Below, one piece after another: positions 9,777 to 19,819 of a stretch of 64,000 nucleotides of DNA. Position 1 is the first letter of the stretch. Every line of letters begins with the position of its first letter. The translations under genes and the position numbers were made by a program. Source of the stretch: Promethearchaeota archaeon. GTDB taxonomy: Archaea > Asgardarchaeota > Lokiarchaeia > Sigyniarchaeales > SOKP01. Under the pieces are notes generated by a model. The model had not been told where the DNA came from. It worked only from the letters and a program-made list of their open reading frames with translations, and ran no database searches. Where the stretch lies: assembly GCA_030603385.1 (NCBI GenBank), contig JAUVXW010000002.1, forward strand, positions 96,001-160,000, written 5' to 3'.

Positions 9777-11045
9777 TTATGTGCCCGCTTCATATCCGTG
9801 TATATAATTATATTGCTCTTCCGTTAAAGTATCCATCTCAACGCCCATTGATTCTAATTTGAGAAATCCAACCTTGTCGTCAATGTCAATTGGAACGTCA
9901 ACCATACCTGGCTTTAACTTAGTCTTGTTTTTAATTATATACTCAGACATTAGAGATTGTAAACCAAAGGACATATCCATTACTTCACTAGGGTGCCCCT
10001 CTGATAAGACTAAATTTGCTAGACGCCCTTTTGCTAATAAATAAACCTTTTTGCCATCGGGAAACATAAGTTCTTCCACATTACTTCTAATGGGTTTAAT
10101 TTCTTGGGCGTATTCGTAAAGTTCTTTTGTTGGAATTTCGATATCGAAATGCCCTAAATTACCCAAAATAACCCCATCTTTAAGTAAGTTAAACATTTCT
10201 GTAGTAGGTGCTATAACATGTTTACAACCTGTAGCGGTCAAAATAATGTCTGCGGTTGGAAGTGCTTTAGCAATTGGCATGACATTAAATCCAGCAAATT
10301 TAGCTTGTAGCGCCTTAATTGGATCAACTTCAGTTACAGTAACATTGGCACCCAATCCTCGTGCTCTAAGTGCCATACCACTACTACAATGACCATATCC
10401 TGCAATAACAACACTCTTGCCAGCAAAAAGAACGTGCATTCCATAAATTGCGGAGACAATACCCTGACCTGTGCCTAATTCATTATCAAAATGATTTTTA
10501 CATCGAGCATCATTGACAGGGAATAGAGGTACTTTTAAAACTCCTTTTTTCTCCATAGCTTTGAATCTTTTAACACCTGTGGTGGTTTCTTCTTGACATG
10601 CGATAATGGTTCCCAATTTTATTAGATCTTCATATTCCTGATGAGCAGTAACAATCATGTCAGCACCATCATCAATTAAGATATTTGGTTTGGCATTTAA
10701 GCACTGTCTTATACACCAATAGAATTCTTCATCTGTATTACCATGCCAAGCGAAGACATTGATCCCTTCTTGTACTAATGCTGCTGCTACATCATCTTGA
10801 GTTGATAATGGATTACTACCACAGAGATATACTTCTGCTCCACCAGCCTTAAGGGTTCTAGCAAGGATACCCGTTTCTTTTGTTATATGTAAACAACCAG
10901 CGATTATTATGCCATCTAATGGTTTTTCTTTTTGAAATCTTTCACGAATAACTTTAGCGGTCACCGGCATTTTACTTTCTGCGAGGTATAAGGCTTCTTT
11001 TCCTTTCTCTGCTAAACTTTCATCTGCTACTTTATAATTTGTCAT
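9777..11045 (-). CDS. ahcY: Adenosylhomocysteinase
   Basis: GCLHITKET, SNPLSTQDDVAAAL, EETTTG, GHPSEVMDMSF. Confidence 0.97.
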   Translation of the reverse strand: MTNYKVADESLAEKGKEALYLAESKMPVTAKVIRERFQKEKPLDGIIIAGCLHITKETGILARTLKAGGAEVYLCGSNPLSTQDDVAAALVQEGINVFAWHGNTDEEFYWCIRQCLNAKPNILIDDGADMIVTAHQEYEDLIKLGTIIACQEETTTGVKRFKAMEKKGVLKVPLFPVNDARCKNHFDNELGTGQGIVSAIYGMHVLFAGKSVVIAGYGHCSSGMALRARGLGANVTVTEVDPIKALQAKFAGFNVMPIAKALPTADIILTATGCKHVIAPTTEMFNLLKDGVILGNLGHFDIEIPTKELYEYAQEIKPIRSNVEELMFPDGKKVYLLAKGRLANLVLSEGHPSEVMDMSFGLQSLMSEYIIKNKTKLKPGMVDVPIDIDDKVGFLKLESMGVEMDTLTEEQYNYIHGYEAGT

Positions 11046-11164
11046 TTAATTTCACTTTTCAATTTATAAGAATAATAATTTTAATTAATTAATAAAGCTA
11101 TTTTTGGTCAAGTGCAAATATTTATATGTAAAACCTAACATTTAATTAATATTGATTAAAAAAT

Positions 11165-12139
11165 TTGCAAAATTGTACTAATATGAGTTATATTAATGAT
11201 CAAGTAGAATCCCAACGCTATATAAAAAATTTAAGTGGAAAAACCAAATTTATTGTTTCAAAAAATTCACGTGCTATAGGACTTTCTAGACAAACGTATC
11301 AAAACAAACTTGATGGTATGAGAGATCAAAAAATAATTACAAATTTTACAATAAACATTAATCCAAACATTCGCCCAAATAACTTGAAATATGTAATGCT
11401 TGAAATTAAAACCAACCCAAAAGAACCTGAATTGGTCAAAGAATTGCTTGAGATCCCCCAATTAAGAATGCTGGATGGGATAATTGGAGATTTTTCTCTA
11501 TTCGCCTTATTTATCTTCAAATCCCCTGAAGAATATTATCAGATATTAAATACAATTGATAAAATAATGGCTAAATCATATTTTAAAAAATATCAAATTA
11601 TTGAAACTATTAAGGTTTTTAAAACAAATGGGATTAATATGAAGAAGTCAGAAATATCCTTTGACATAGACGATGTCGATTATACAATTTTGAATATATT
11701 ACGTGATGGTCAAGGAATTAAACCAATATCTACATATGATATAAGAAAAATTTTTAAAGAACGACTTAAAATGGAAATTTCACAATCAACTATTCATAAC
11801 AGAATTAAAAAGCTCGAAAGACAAGGTGTAATTTTAAATTATATTGTAAATTTTAATCCAAAAAAAATAGGTTTTAAAGGAAAATATCTGCTTCGAATTA
11901 AACCAAAAGATCCGTCAAAATACAACGAACTTGCCTTTAGGTTGAGTATGAATAGAAATATTACCGATTTATTTCGAATAGGCGAACAATATGGACTATT
12001 TACTATTGTTAGAGTAAAAGAGATTGAAGATTATGCGAATTTTATCAGGGATCTATATATTTCGGAAGAAATAGAAGATACATATACGAATTTTGTGTTA
12101 GATGAGTTAATATCCTATACAAATTTCATAATTTCGTAG
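11165..12139 (+). CDS. Tandem Lrp/AsnC-family regulator (two HTH+RAM units)
   Basis: GLSRQTYQNKLDGM and ISQSTIHNRIKKLERQGVI HTHs; divergent from ahcY. Confidence 0.8.
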   Translation: MQNCTNMSYINDQVESQRYIKNLSGKTKFIVSKNSRAIGLSRQTYQNKLDGMRDQKIITNFTININPNIRPNNLKYVMLEIKTNPKEPELVKELLEIPQLRMLDGIIGDFSLFALFIFKSPEEYYQILNTIDKIMAKSYFKKYQIIETIKVFKTNGINMKKSEISFDIDDVDYTILNILRDGQGIKPISTYDIRKIFKERLKMEISQSTIHNRIKKLERQGVILNYIVNFNPKKIGFKGKYLLRIKPKDPSKYNELAFRLSMNRNITDLFRIGEQYGLFTIVRVKEIEDYANFIRDLYISEEIEDTYTNFVLDELISYTNFIIS

Positions 12140-12268
12140 AGAAATAGAGATAAGACTATGATTTTTTTAAGATTTTCTACAAATTAGTATTTACTAAATT
12201 CTTAATAATTTTGGGTTATTAGAGAACTTAAAGTGAATAAATTTAATTCTACAAATTAATCCTTCTTA

Positions 12269-14359
12269 TTGAAAAGAATGAGCAATTTTTTTGAATTATT
12301 AGAAAATAGAATTGGTTTTTCAAGAATAGGACGGATGAGTTTATCTAAAGAAAAGAAGCTCTTTATAAGAACTCCAAATGTTACTATTCCAATTAAAAAT
12401 GTTTTGATGAAACAGTTTAGTTTTATACAGGAATTTGAAGATCATGAGCTATTTATTATTTCCAAAGAGATATTCTTGAAAATAGGGTTCCTTCGAGAAA
12501 AATTTAAAGATACCGGATTTGTTTTTTCACATCAAGGAACTTTAGAAAAATTTGAAAGCATTTTGCAAAGGAATTTAGAAATTTTCACAAAAGATAATAT
12601 CTTATCAATTATTCCATTCAATATCCCTACCACTACTATTGGTAGAAATTTTGCAGAGAGAGAGATTAAAAATTACCTAAATAATGCTATTAGAATATTG
12701 GAAAAATATCCAAATATTAACTTTGGGTTGTCAATAAGACTTTTCAATTATTCAGAATTAATTGATTTGTATTTTCCTGTAATTGAGGGAAATGAAAATA
12801 TTAAAGTTCTTAACCTCATTGAAATTTTTAATAATTTTGGTAATTTTAGGAAAATTATTGGTACGATAATAAAATTAAAAAGTAATTTAGATAATAATCT
12901 TGTTATAATGGCTTCTGGTAGAATCCTTCCTAAATTTTACCCTATTCTGGTTTATCTAGGTGTAGATTTAATTGATTCCACATATTTATTATATTTATCT
13001 GCAAAAAACTTCTATGATACAATAGAACATTTACTCCCAATCTACAAAGTTAAATATTTACCTTGTTCTTGTGTTGCTTGTAAAGGAAATCTAAAAGAAT
13101 TATATGGAGTAAAACATTCATCAGAGAAAATAGACTTACTTAGCTTACATAATTTGATATCGGCGAATAATTATATGATGAAAATAAAACAGTATCTTCA
13201 ATATGAGGATTATCGTGCGTTTGTTGAAAAGTCATCTCTTGACGATACGACAATAATTTCAACATTAAAAATCTTAGATAGAGAATATTTTAATCTTATT
13301 AGATACGAGACTCCAATTACTCAAAAAGACAAAAAAATTAAATGTTTGGGTCCTACATCATATGATCGACCTGATTTTAGAGAATTTAGGGGGAGAACTA
13401 TAGAAAATTTTGAACCAGAAGCATGGACTACTTTAATCGTTTTAATTCCATGCTCTGCGAAAAAACCTTATTCTAGCTCTAAATCACATAAATTATTTTA
13501 CAAAGCGATTAGAAAATTTCCGGAATTTCCCAATTTTCAAGAAATAATTATAACTTCGCCTCTTGGAGCAATTCCTAGACAGTTGGAAAATATTTATCCA
13601 GTGAAGTCATATGATATTTCTGTTACTGGTGAATGGGACAATGAAGAAAAAGAAATCACTTCAAATATGCTTACAAACCTTTTGAAAAAATATAATAAAT
13701 CAATTCCTATTATTTGTCATCTTGAAGGTGAGTATTTTGAAATTATCAAAAACCTCGAATCCAAATTACCTCATAGCTTTTTTTTCTCAGATATTAAAGG
13801 TCAACCTACTTCAAAAGAAGCTCTTGAGTCGCTTGAAAAATTAATACAACAGCACAAGAATGACTTTAAACCAAAAAAAATTCTATCTAAAGGTGATTAT
13901 TTATTAAAAACTTGGATACGAAAATTTATAAAAATATTAGATTATCAATTTGGTATAGGATCGGGAAAGAAGATAATTACTAACGATTTAGTAATAAGAA
14001 AAATTAAATCTAATTCTCAAATTGATTTAGTAGATTTTAAGACAAAGGAAAAATTGGGAACTTATAAAGACATAACAGGTCAAATAGGTTTAACCATTAC
14101 AGGATCGAAAAAATTAGCTCAAAAACCGTTTTCCATAGATTCAAATATTATAGTTTTTGATGGACAAAGCATTCGAGGAAATACCTTATTTCGAATCGGT
14201 GTTTTAGATTATAGCATAAATTTAATCCCTAATAATCATGTTATTATCATTAATAAAGAAAAAAGCAATATAATAGGTGTTGGAAAACTAATAGTTGGAA
14301 CAAATTTTATTAAAAATTCTAAAACTGGAAGAATTGTTGAAATCTATGAAAAAAGTTAG
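12269..14359 (+). CDS. arcS: Archaeosine synthase subunit alpha (ArcS/TgtA2)
   Basis: TGT-like N-terminus with CSCVAC..H Zn site, PCSAKKPYSSSKSH, TSPLG, YDISVTGEW, C-terminal PUA-like domain. Confidence 0.9.
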   Translation: MKRMSNFFELLENRIGFSRIGRMSLSKEKKLFIRTPNVTIPIKNVLMKQFSFIQEFEDHELFIISKEIFLKIGFLREKFKDTGFVFSHQGTLEKFESILQRNLEIFTKDNILSIIPFNIPTTTIGRNFAEREIKNYLNNAIRILEKYPNINFGLSIRLFNYSELIDLYFPVIEGNENIKVLNLIEIFNNFGNFRKIIGTIIKLKSNLDNNLVIMASGRILPKFYPILVYLGVDLIDSTYLLYLSAKNFYDTIEHLLPIYKVKYLPCSCVACKGNLKELYGVKHSSEKIDLLSLHNLISANNYMMKIKQYLQYEDYRAFVEKSSLDDTTIISTLKILDREYFNLIRYETPITQKDKKIKCLGPTSYDRPDFREFRGRTIENFEPEAWTTLIVLIPCSAKKPYSSSKSHKLFYKAIRKFPEFPNFQEIIITSPLGAIPRQLENIYPVKSYDISVTGEWDNEEKEITSNMLTNLLKKYNKSIPIICHLEGEYFEIIKNLESKLPHSFFFSDIKGQPTSKEALESLEKLIQQHKNDFKPKKILSKGDYLLKTWIRKFIKILDYQFGIGSGKKIITNDLVIRKIKSNSQIDLVDFKTKEKLGTYKDITGQIGLTITGSKKLAQKPFSIDSNIIVFDGQSIRGNTLFRIGVLDYSINLIPNNHVIIINKEKSNIIGVGKLIVGTNFIKNSKTGRIVEIYEKS

Positions 14360-15446
14360 CAATCCTATTGAACATGATTTATGGTTTTTAGGGAGAATAA
14401 AGTCTATGAGGCAAAAGGCTTTAAAAAGAAGGAAAAACTTGAGTACGTTCCAATTAGAACGACCTATTAGTTTTTGGATAAAAAAAGATAGGTTAGTCAA
14501 TGAAATAGGAAAGGAATTCACCATTATTCTAAGGACAAAAGGTTGCAGTTGGGCATTAGGCGAATCTGGTGGATGTACCATGTGTGGATATATACAAGAT
14601 GCAACTATTGAAGATGTTGATCAAGACCAAATCATAAAACAATTTGATTATGCATTTAACAACAAAATTAAAGATATAACAGATGATGAAGAGAATTATA
14701 TCTTAAAAATATTCAATTCTGGAAGTTTTTTCGATGATAATGAGATATCTGATAAAATTAGAATGCATATTTATGAAAAAGTTGCAAATATTAAAAATAT
14801 AAAGGAGTTTGTTATAGAAAGTCGATTAAAATATATAAATTTTGAAAAACTTAAAGAGTTAAAAGAGAATCTTAAAAAAAAACATATAGAGATCGCAATA
14901 GGGCTTGAAACTGTAAACGATTATATCAGGAATTATTATATCAATAAAGGAATGTTATTTAATGATTTTAAAACTGTTTTGAACATGTGTAAAGAAAATG
15001 ATATCGGTGTGAAGTCCTATCTATTATTGAAACCACCATTTCTCAATGAACAAGGAGCAATTGATGATTGCATTAACTCTATTACTAATTTAATAAATTT
15101 AAAAGTAAACACAATATCAATTAATCCAGTAAATATTCAAAAAGGAACTCTATTAGAATATCTATATCTACAAAAAAGATATAGACCTCCTTGGTACTAT
15201 TCACTCTTTAAAGTCTTAAAAAAATCTGTAAATCAAGATGATTTAAAGTATGTACGAATAGTATCAGATCCATCGGGAGCAGGGACTAAAAAGGGTATTC
15301 ATAACTGCTTAAAAAGGGAATGTGAGGTCTCTGCTAAAAAAACGCTTAGAAATTTTGTACTTTCTCAAGATTTAACTACTTTAGATCAATCAGAATTTGA
15401 ATGTGAGTGTAAAAGACAATATCCATTTGAAAAACTATTTCATTGA
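14346..15446 (+). CDS. Archaeosine biosynthesis radical SAM protein RaSEA
   Basis: LRTKGCSWALGESGGCTMCGY, FNSGSFFD, YRPPW; directly after arcS; ATG 14346 preferred. Confidence 0.9.
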   Translation: MKKVSNPIEHDLWFLGRIKSMRQKALKRRKNLSTFQLERPISFWIKKDRLVNEIGKEFTIILRTKGCSWALGESGGCTMCGYIQDATIEDVDQDQIIKQFDYAFNNKIKDITDDEENYILKIFNSGSFFDDNEISDKIRMHIYEKVANIKNIKEFVIESRLKYINFEKLKELKENLKKKHIEIAIGLETVNDYIRNYYINKGMLFNDFKTVLNMCKENDIGVKSYLLLKPPFLNEQGAIDDCINSITNLINLKVNTISINPVNIQKGTLLEYLYLQKRYRPPWYYSLFKVLKKSVNQDDLKYVRIVSDPSGAGTKKGIHNCLKRECEVSAKKTLRNFVLSQDLTTLDQSEFECECKRQYPFEKLFH

Positions 15447-15685
15447 ATTATAATAATGTTTGTAGAAAGCCCTATATTAAGATTTTACACCATTCTCTTT
15501 GAATTCAGCAAGATAAATTTAAGTTTTGCTTAAAAAATTCATTCTAATTTGAGCTTATTTTGATTTGAGAAGACTATTGAATTCATTTATGTCTTAATTG
15601 CCATTTTTGTAAGAAAAACCATTATGTTTAAATATTACCTACCATCTTTTATTTTAATTTTCAACCCCCAAAGTAAGGGAATCTC

Positions 15686-15937
15686 TTGAAAAAAAACTGG
15701 GTTAAATTAAATCTATTCTATATTGGAAAATCTAAAAAACATCAAATCTTTAGAGCAAAACAGTGGAATAGTAACTTTGAAAAAATACTCAAACAACCTG
15801 TTTATAATGAAAAATATGAAAAAATTGGTTATATTAAGGATATATTTGGTCCAATTAACATACCTTTCATTTCAATCAAAGCCTTGCCTAACCAACTATT
15901 TGACCGCAATGTAAAGGTTTATACTAAACTAGCCTAG
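15686..15937 (+). CDS. gar1: H/ACA RNP protein Gar1
   Basis: KIGYIKDIFGPINIPFISIK; gar1-tfb synteny. Confidence 0.85.
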   Translation: MKKNWVKLNLFYIGKSKKHQIFRAKQWNSNFEKILKQPVYNEKYEKIGYIKDIFGPINIPFISIKALPNQLFDRNVKVYTKLA

Positions 15938-15993
15938 TTCTCAAAAAAGTCTTTTGAAACAAACGAATAATTTTAGAAAAGAAGGTGTAATCT

Positions 15994-16962
15994 ATTTCAA
16001 GTTGGAGAGAATTAAAACAAGAATCCGATGAAGTTTTGAGTATACAGACTAATCTGTGTACAGAATGCGGGAACACTATATTTTTTGATGAAAATAGAGG
16101 TTTATTAGTTTGTGAAGAATGCGGTTTAGTACATTCTGAGAAACATATTGATAGAGGTCCGGAATGGAGGGCTTTTAATGCAGATCAAAAAAAGAAGAGA
16201 ACTAGAACTGGTGCACCTATGACATATATGATACATGATAAGGGTCTTAGTACTATGATAGACTGGAGAAATAGAGATATTTTTGGTAAGGAAATACCTG
16301 CTAAATTGAGAGGTCAAATATATAGACTTCGAAAGTGGCAAAGTCGTATCAGAGTTTCTGATGCTACTGAGAGAAACCTTACATTTGCACTAAGTGAACT
16401 TGATAGAATGGCTTCAAACTTAGAGCTTCAAAAAAATTTAAGAGAATGTGCTGCAAAAATTTACCGTGATGCTGTTGAGGCTCATCTTATTCGCGGTAGA
16501 AGCATTGAGGGGGTGGCCGCTGCTAGTTTATATGCTGCATGTAGAATGTTTAAAGTACCACGTACATTAAACGAGATTGCTGAAGTAGCTCGTGTAGATA
16601 AAAAGGAGATCAGCAGATCTTTTCGATTTATTTCGAATGAACTAGAATTAAACTTAAACCCAACTAAACCAATCGATTTTCTTACTAGATTCATTTCAGA
16701 GTTAAAACTAACATCTAACTGCCAAAAAATGGCAAAAGCGATTATTAGAATGGCAGAAAGACGAGGATTAACTTCAGGAAGAGGTCCTACAGGAGTATGT
16801 GCAGCTGCAATTTATGCTTCAAGTATTTTATCAAATGAACGTAGAACTCAGAGAAGTATTGCTCGAGTTAGTTGTGTGACCGAAGTTACAGTCCGAAATC
16901 GTTTTAGTGAACTTGTAGAGAATCTAAATCTTGGCATATCTTTAAAGAGGAATAATAAATAA
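15994..16962 (+). CDS. tfb: Transcription initiation factor IIB (probable ATT start 15994; ORF track uses TTG 16036)
   Basis: CxxC..CxxC ribbon, GPEWRAF, cyclin repeats, [14 protein letters not shown] lies 6 nt before the in-frame ATT. Confidence 0.96.
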   Translation: MSSWRELKQESDEVLSIQTNLCTECGNTIFFDENRGLLVCEECGLVHSEKHIDRGPEWRAFNADQKKKRTRTGAPMTYMIHDKGLSTMIDWRNRDIFGKEIPAKLRGQIYRLRKWQSRIRVSDATERNLTFALSELDRMASNLELQKNLRECAAKIYRDAVEAHLIRGRSIEGVAAASLYAACRMFKVPRTLNEIAEVARVDKKEISRSFRFISNELELNLNPTKPIDFLTRFISELKLTSNCQKMAKAIIRMAERRGLTSGRGPTGVCAAAIYASSILSNERRTQRSIARVSCVTEVTVRNRFSELVENLNLGISLKRNNK

Positions 16963-17156
16963 AGATTAGTACTAAATAACAGTGATAGGAAAGACTTTTT
17001 CTCAAACAGTGTTTTTAATTTCTTAATTTTAAATCCAATTTATATATTAATCTTGAATTCTAAACATATTATCTTCATAATATATCATTTAATGTTATAT
17101 TATCTTCATAATTATCCTATCGATTTGATAAAATTGGTTGGTTAGGTGTTATAAAA

Positions 17157-17492
17157 TTGGGTAATATACTAAATCAAGATGAAGTTAATTACTTTTTATA
17201 TAGGGTGGAAAAAAATTTCCCTAATTTTGTAGCAGGAATTATTACAGATAAACATGGATTTCCTGTCGGTTCAAAGATTTCAAAGAAATTGTGGGTTCTA
17301 GAAAACACTCTAGCATTATCTGCTATTACAAAAAAACGCGACTTTATAGAAGATTCAAAACTGATTAAAATAAAGCGTGATTTAGATAAGAATAAAAACT
17401 ACAAGTTATTAGTTTTACTTGAGAAATCAAGAGATTACAAAAGTCGTTTAAAGCCACTGAAAAACCTAATTAAAGCACAGGAACTTTTCTAA
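17157..17492 (+). CDS. Roadblock/LC7-like protein (divergent)
   Basis: AGIITDKHGFPVGS motif. Confidence 0.55.
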   Translation: MGNILNQDEVNYFLYRVEKNFPNFVAGIITDKHGFPVGSKISKKLWVLENTLALSAITKKRDFIEDSKLIKIKRDLDKNKNYKLLVLLEKSRDYKSRLKPLKNLIKAQELF

Positions 17493-17701
17493 GGTTTAAA
17501 AATCATAGAAATTAAGAAAAACTATTTTTTATCGCGAACAGTAGAAAAACAATCAGTTTACTTAAATTTTTATACAATTAATTTCTTCTAATACTAAAAT
17601 AGGTATGAGCTAAAAATATAAAGTTAAGTTTAAATAACTATTTTTATAATCTAAAAACGACTGTTAATTAAAGATATAATAGTTAATAGGTTGACTGATA
17701 T

Positions 17702-18172
17702 TTGAGTTATTCTGAAGATGAGATTAAATTAAAGAGAATACTTAGTGCTATTATAAATAGTACTCCTGGATTAAAGTATGCGATATTAACTGATGATACA
17801 GGAATAACTATTATGAGTCAATCAAAATTTACTTTTTCTGAAAAAAATAACATTTCGGTAGAAAAAATTGGTGCGATAGGTGGAGCAGTTTTTATTGCTG
17901 GTGAGGAGCAAGGTCATATTCTAGGATATGGAAATATTTCACTACAAATTACTGAATATTTCGAAGGAATGATATTTTCAATGAAAGTTGGCAAAGGAGT
18001 ATTATGTATAAGCACTGACAAGAAAGTTCAAATAGGATTTATTATTGCTACGATGAAAAAGTGGGCTCTAAAAATCACAATGATTCTAAATCGATATTTA
18101 CAAGACGACCAAGGAGAATTGAGTAAAGAGATTAAAGAACTGTTTAGATCTGATACTGTAGGGTTATTATAA
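17702..18172 (+). CDS. Roadblock/LC7 domain protein
   Basis: PGLKYAILTDDTGITI, KIGAIGGAVF, QITEYFEGMIF. Confidence 0.85.
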   Translation: MSYSEDEIKLKRILSAIINSTPGLKYAILTDDTGITIMSQSKFTFSEKNNISVEKIGAIGGAVFIAGEEQGHILGYGNISLQITEYFEGMIFSMKVGKGVLCISTDKKVQIGFIIATMKKWALKITMILNRYLQDDQGELSKEIKELFRSDTVGLL

Positions 18173-18205
18173 CCCAATAATCTAATAAACTTATGGTGAG
18201 TCGTC

Positions 18206-18700
18206 ATTCACTTAGTAATAACTTACTTTAACCAAATATTAGGACCAAGTGTTTTGTTATCTTATCCTGATGAATTGTTAGAGGAAAATCTCATAAATAA
18301 ATTAAAAAAGTTTTTTGATTTAGAAATTGATGAGACCTTCTTCGAAATAATCCTTATTACTAAGAAAAAGAAAATTATCAATTTTCATTTCGAAATTCCG
18401 TCTAAGTGGGCACGTGGGGAAAAGGAGGATGCCATGCTCTCCCTAATAATAAAGAAAGAATATGAAAGTTCTCAATTTTATGCATTTCTAGTAGATTCAT
18501 CGTATAAAATCTTAAAAACTGAAAATGTGTACAAAGCTTTTTATAAAGATGATGAATTTCACGATAATGATATTGAAATTGATATGACGTATGAAATAAT
18601 AAGAAAAATTCTTTTTAACTGTGTATCAAGTCTTATATTACGGATAGAAGATAAAATTAAAGGAGTAGATAAAAAAGAACCGTTTCCTTTCTCTTCGTAA
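18206..18700 (+). CDS. Longin/uDENN-like protein (probable ATT start)
   Basis: The in-frame extension gives (I)HLVITYFNQILGPSVLLSYP, the typical YFx3-4GP N-terminus; also FEIPSKWARG..E..MLS. GGTGAG SD at 18195. Confidence 0.6.
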   Translation: MHLVITYFNQILGPSVLLSYPDELLEENLINKLKKFFDLEIDETFFEIILITKKKKIINFHFEIPSKWARGEKEDAMLSLIIKKEYESSQFYAFLVDSSYKILKTENVYKAFYKDDEFHDNDIEIDMTYEIIRKILFNCVSSLILRIEDKIKGVDKKEPFPFSS

Positions 18701-18701
18701 T

Positions 18702-18716
18702 GAAAATCTTTATAAT
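18702..18716 (+). promoter_or_regulatory. BRE/TATA promoter of the putative ncRNA
   Basis: GAAAATC-TTTATAAT about 24 nt upstream of GGGAG at 18739. Confidence 0.6.
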
Positions 18717-18738
18717 CTTATTTTCCTATTATAATAAT

Positions 18739-19049
18739 GGGAGAACAATGATGGAATAAACTGCGTTTTCGAGGACTCATACGACTAAAAAATGAGTATG
18801 CAGTGCAAAGTGACGCGAAAATTCGGAGTTAATTAGTCCGTTATAATCCTGTACAAATGGGCTCTTAGTCTAGCAAAGGTGATTACCAAAGCGATGAAGC
18901 TTGAGTCAGTACGCAGGAGACATGACTATGTTCCCAATAGCGCATAGAGATTTTTGCCTAGCACGAGAGAACATGTTTGATTTTAAAGGTATTTCCCTAA
19001 AATGAGAATATAGTGTTAGTGTCATTAGGCGAAATCTATGCCATTTTTT
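18739..19049 (+). ncRNA. Unclassified ~305-nt structured RNA
   Basis: ORF-free and GC-enriched; many complementary segments (see findings); TATA upstream and T-tract downstream. Confidence 0.72.
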
Positions 19050-19063
19050 AATATTATCTTAAT

Positions 19064-19819
19064 TTATTTTTCTTTTTTAATTAGTGAGAGAATGTCATTG
19101 TATGAACCCAGTAATTCCCTAACATTTGAATTATTTAATCCCTCAAGAGGAGTACCTTCAAAAGCAATCCTACCATCGTTTAAAACCAATATTTTCTCTG
19201 CCCAATTTTCAACAAAAAATAGATTATGTGTAGTGAAGAAAATTGTAATGTTATTCTCTTTTCTTAACTTCTCAATAATTTTTAAATGATTATATATCGA
19301 TTTAAAATCAAGGTTAGCAAAAGGTTCGTCTAATATTAGCAAATTAGGTTTCATTACTAAAACTCCTGCTAATGCTGCTCTCTTTTTTTGACCCCATGAA
19401 AGGTTAAATGGTGAATAATTTCTAAAATCTTCTAAATCAACTGCTTTCAAAGCCCAGCTAACTCTTTCCTTTACTTCGTCATCACCTAATTTTAAGTTTC
19501 TTGCTCCAAAGCTGATATCTTCTTCAATAGTTGGCGCAAAAAGTTGATCATCTGGGTTTTGAAATAAAAAACCAACCGATTGTCTAATTTCCCATAGATC
19601 TCGTTTATTTCTTGTAACATTTTTCTCAAAAATCCTAATTGAACCAGATTTTGGTTTCAATAATCCTACTAATAATCTTAATAAAGTTGTCTTACCTGAT
19701 CCATTATTTCCTGTTAATGCATAAATTGAGTTGTCTTCAATTTTAAAAGAGAGATCGTTAATTTTAAACCGATTATCATAGCTAAAATTTAGATTTTCAA
19801 CTTCTACGGCAAAAATAAT
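19064..19819 (-). CDS. ECF transporter ATPase (NikO/CbiO type), probable ATT start
   Basis: Walker A GNNGSGKTT lies upstream of the first TTG (19660); also FQNPDDQLF, LSWGQKKR, LDEP. Confidence 0.92.
   Translation of the reverse strand: MIFAVEVENLNFSYDNRFKINDLSFKIEDNSIYALTGNNGSGKTTLLRLLVGLLKPKSGSIRIFEKNVTRNKRDLWEIRQSVGFLFQNPDDQLFAPTIEEDISFGARNLKLGDDEVKERVSWALKAVDLEDFRNYSPFNLSWGQKKRAALAGVLVMKPNLLILDEPFANLDFKSIYNHLKIIEKLRKENNITIFFTTHNLFFVENWAEKILVLNDGRIAFEGTPLEGLNNSNVRELLGSYNDILSLIKKEK

Noticed and set aside
18975-19010. UGA/UGA hairpin as a eukaryote-like SECIS
   Set aside because: The helix is shorter than a typical SECIS and no adjacent ORF has an in-frame TGA at a Cys position; treated as part of the ncRNA.
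18739-19049. RNase P RNA, SRP RNA or tmRNA identity for the ncRNA
   Set aside because: Their conserved signature sequences were not found on either strand by eye.
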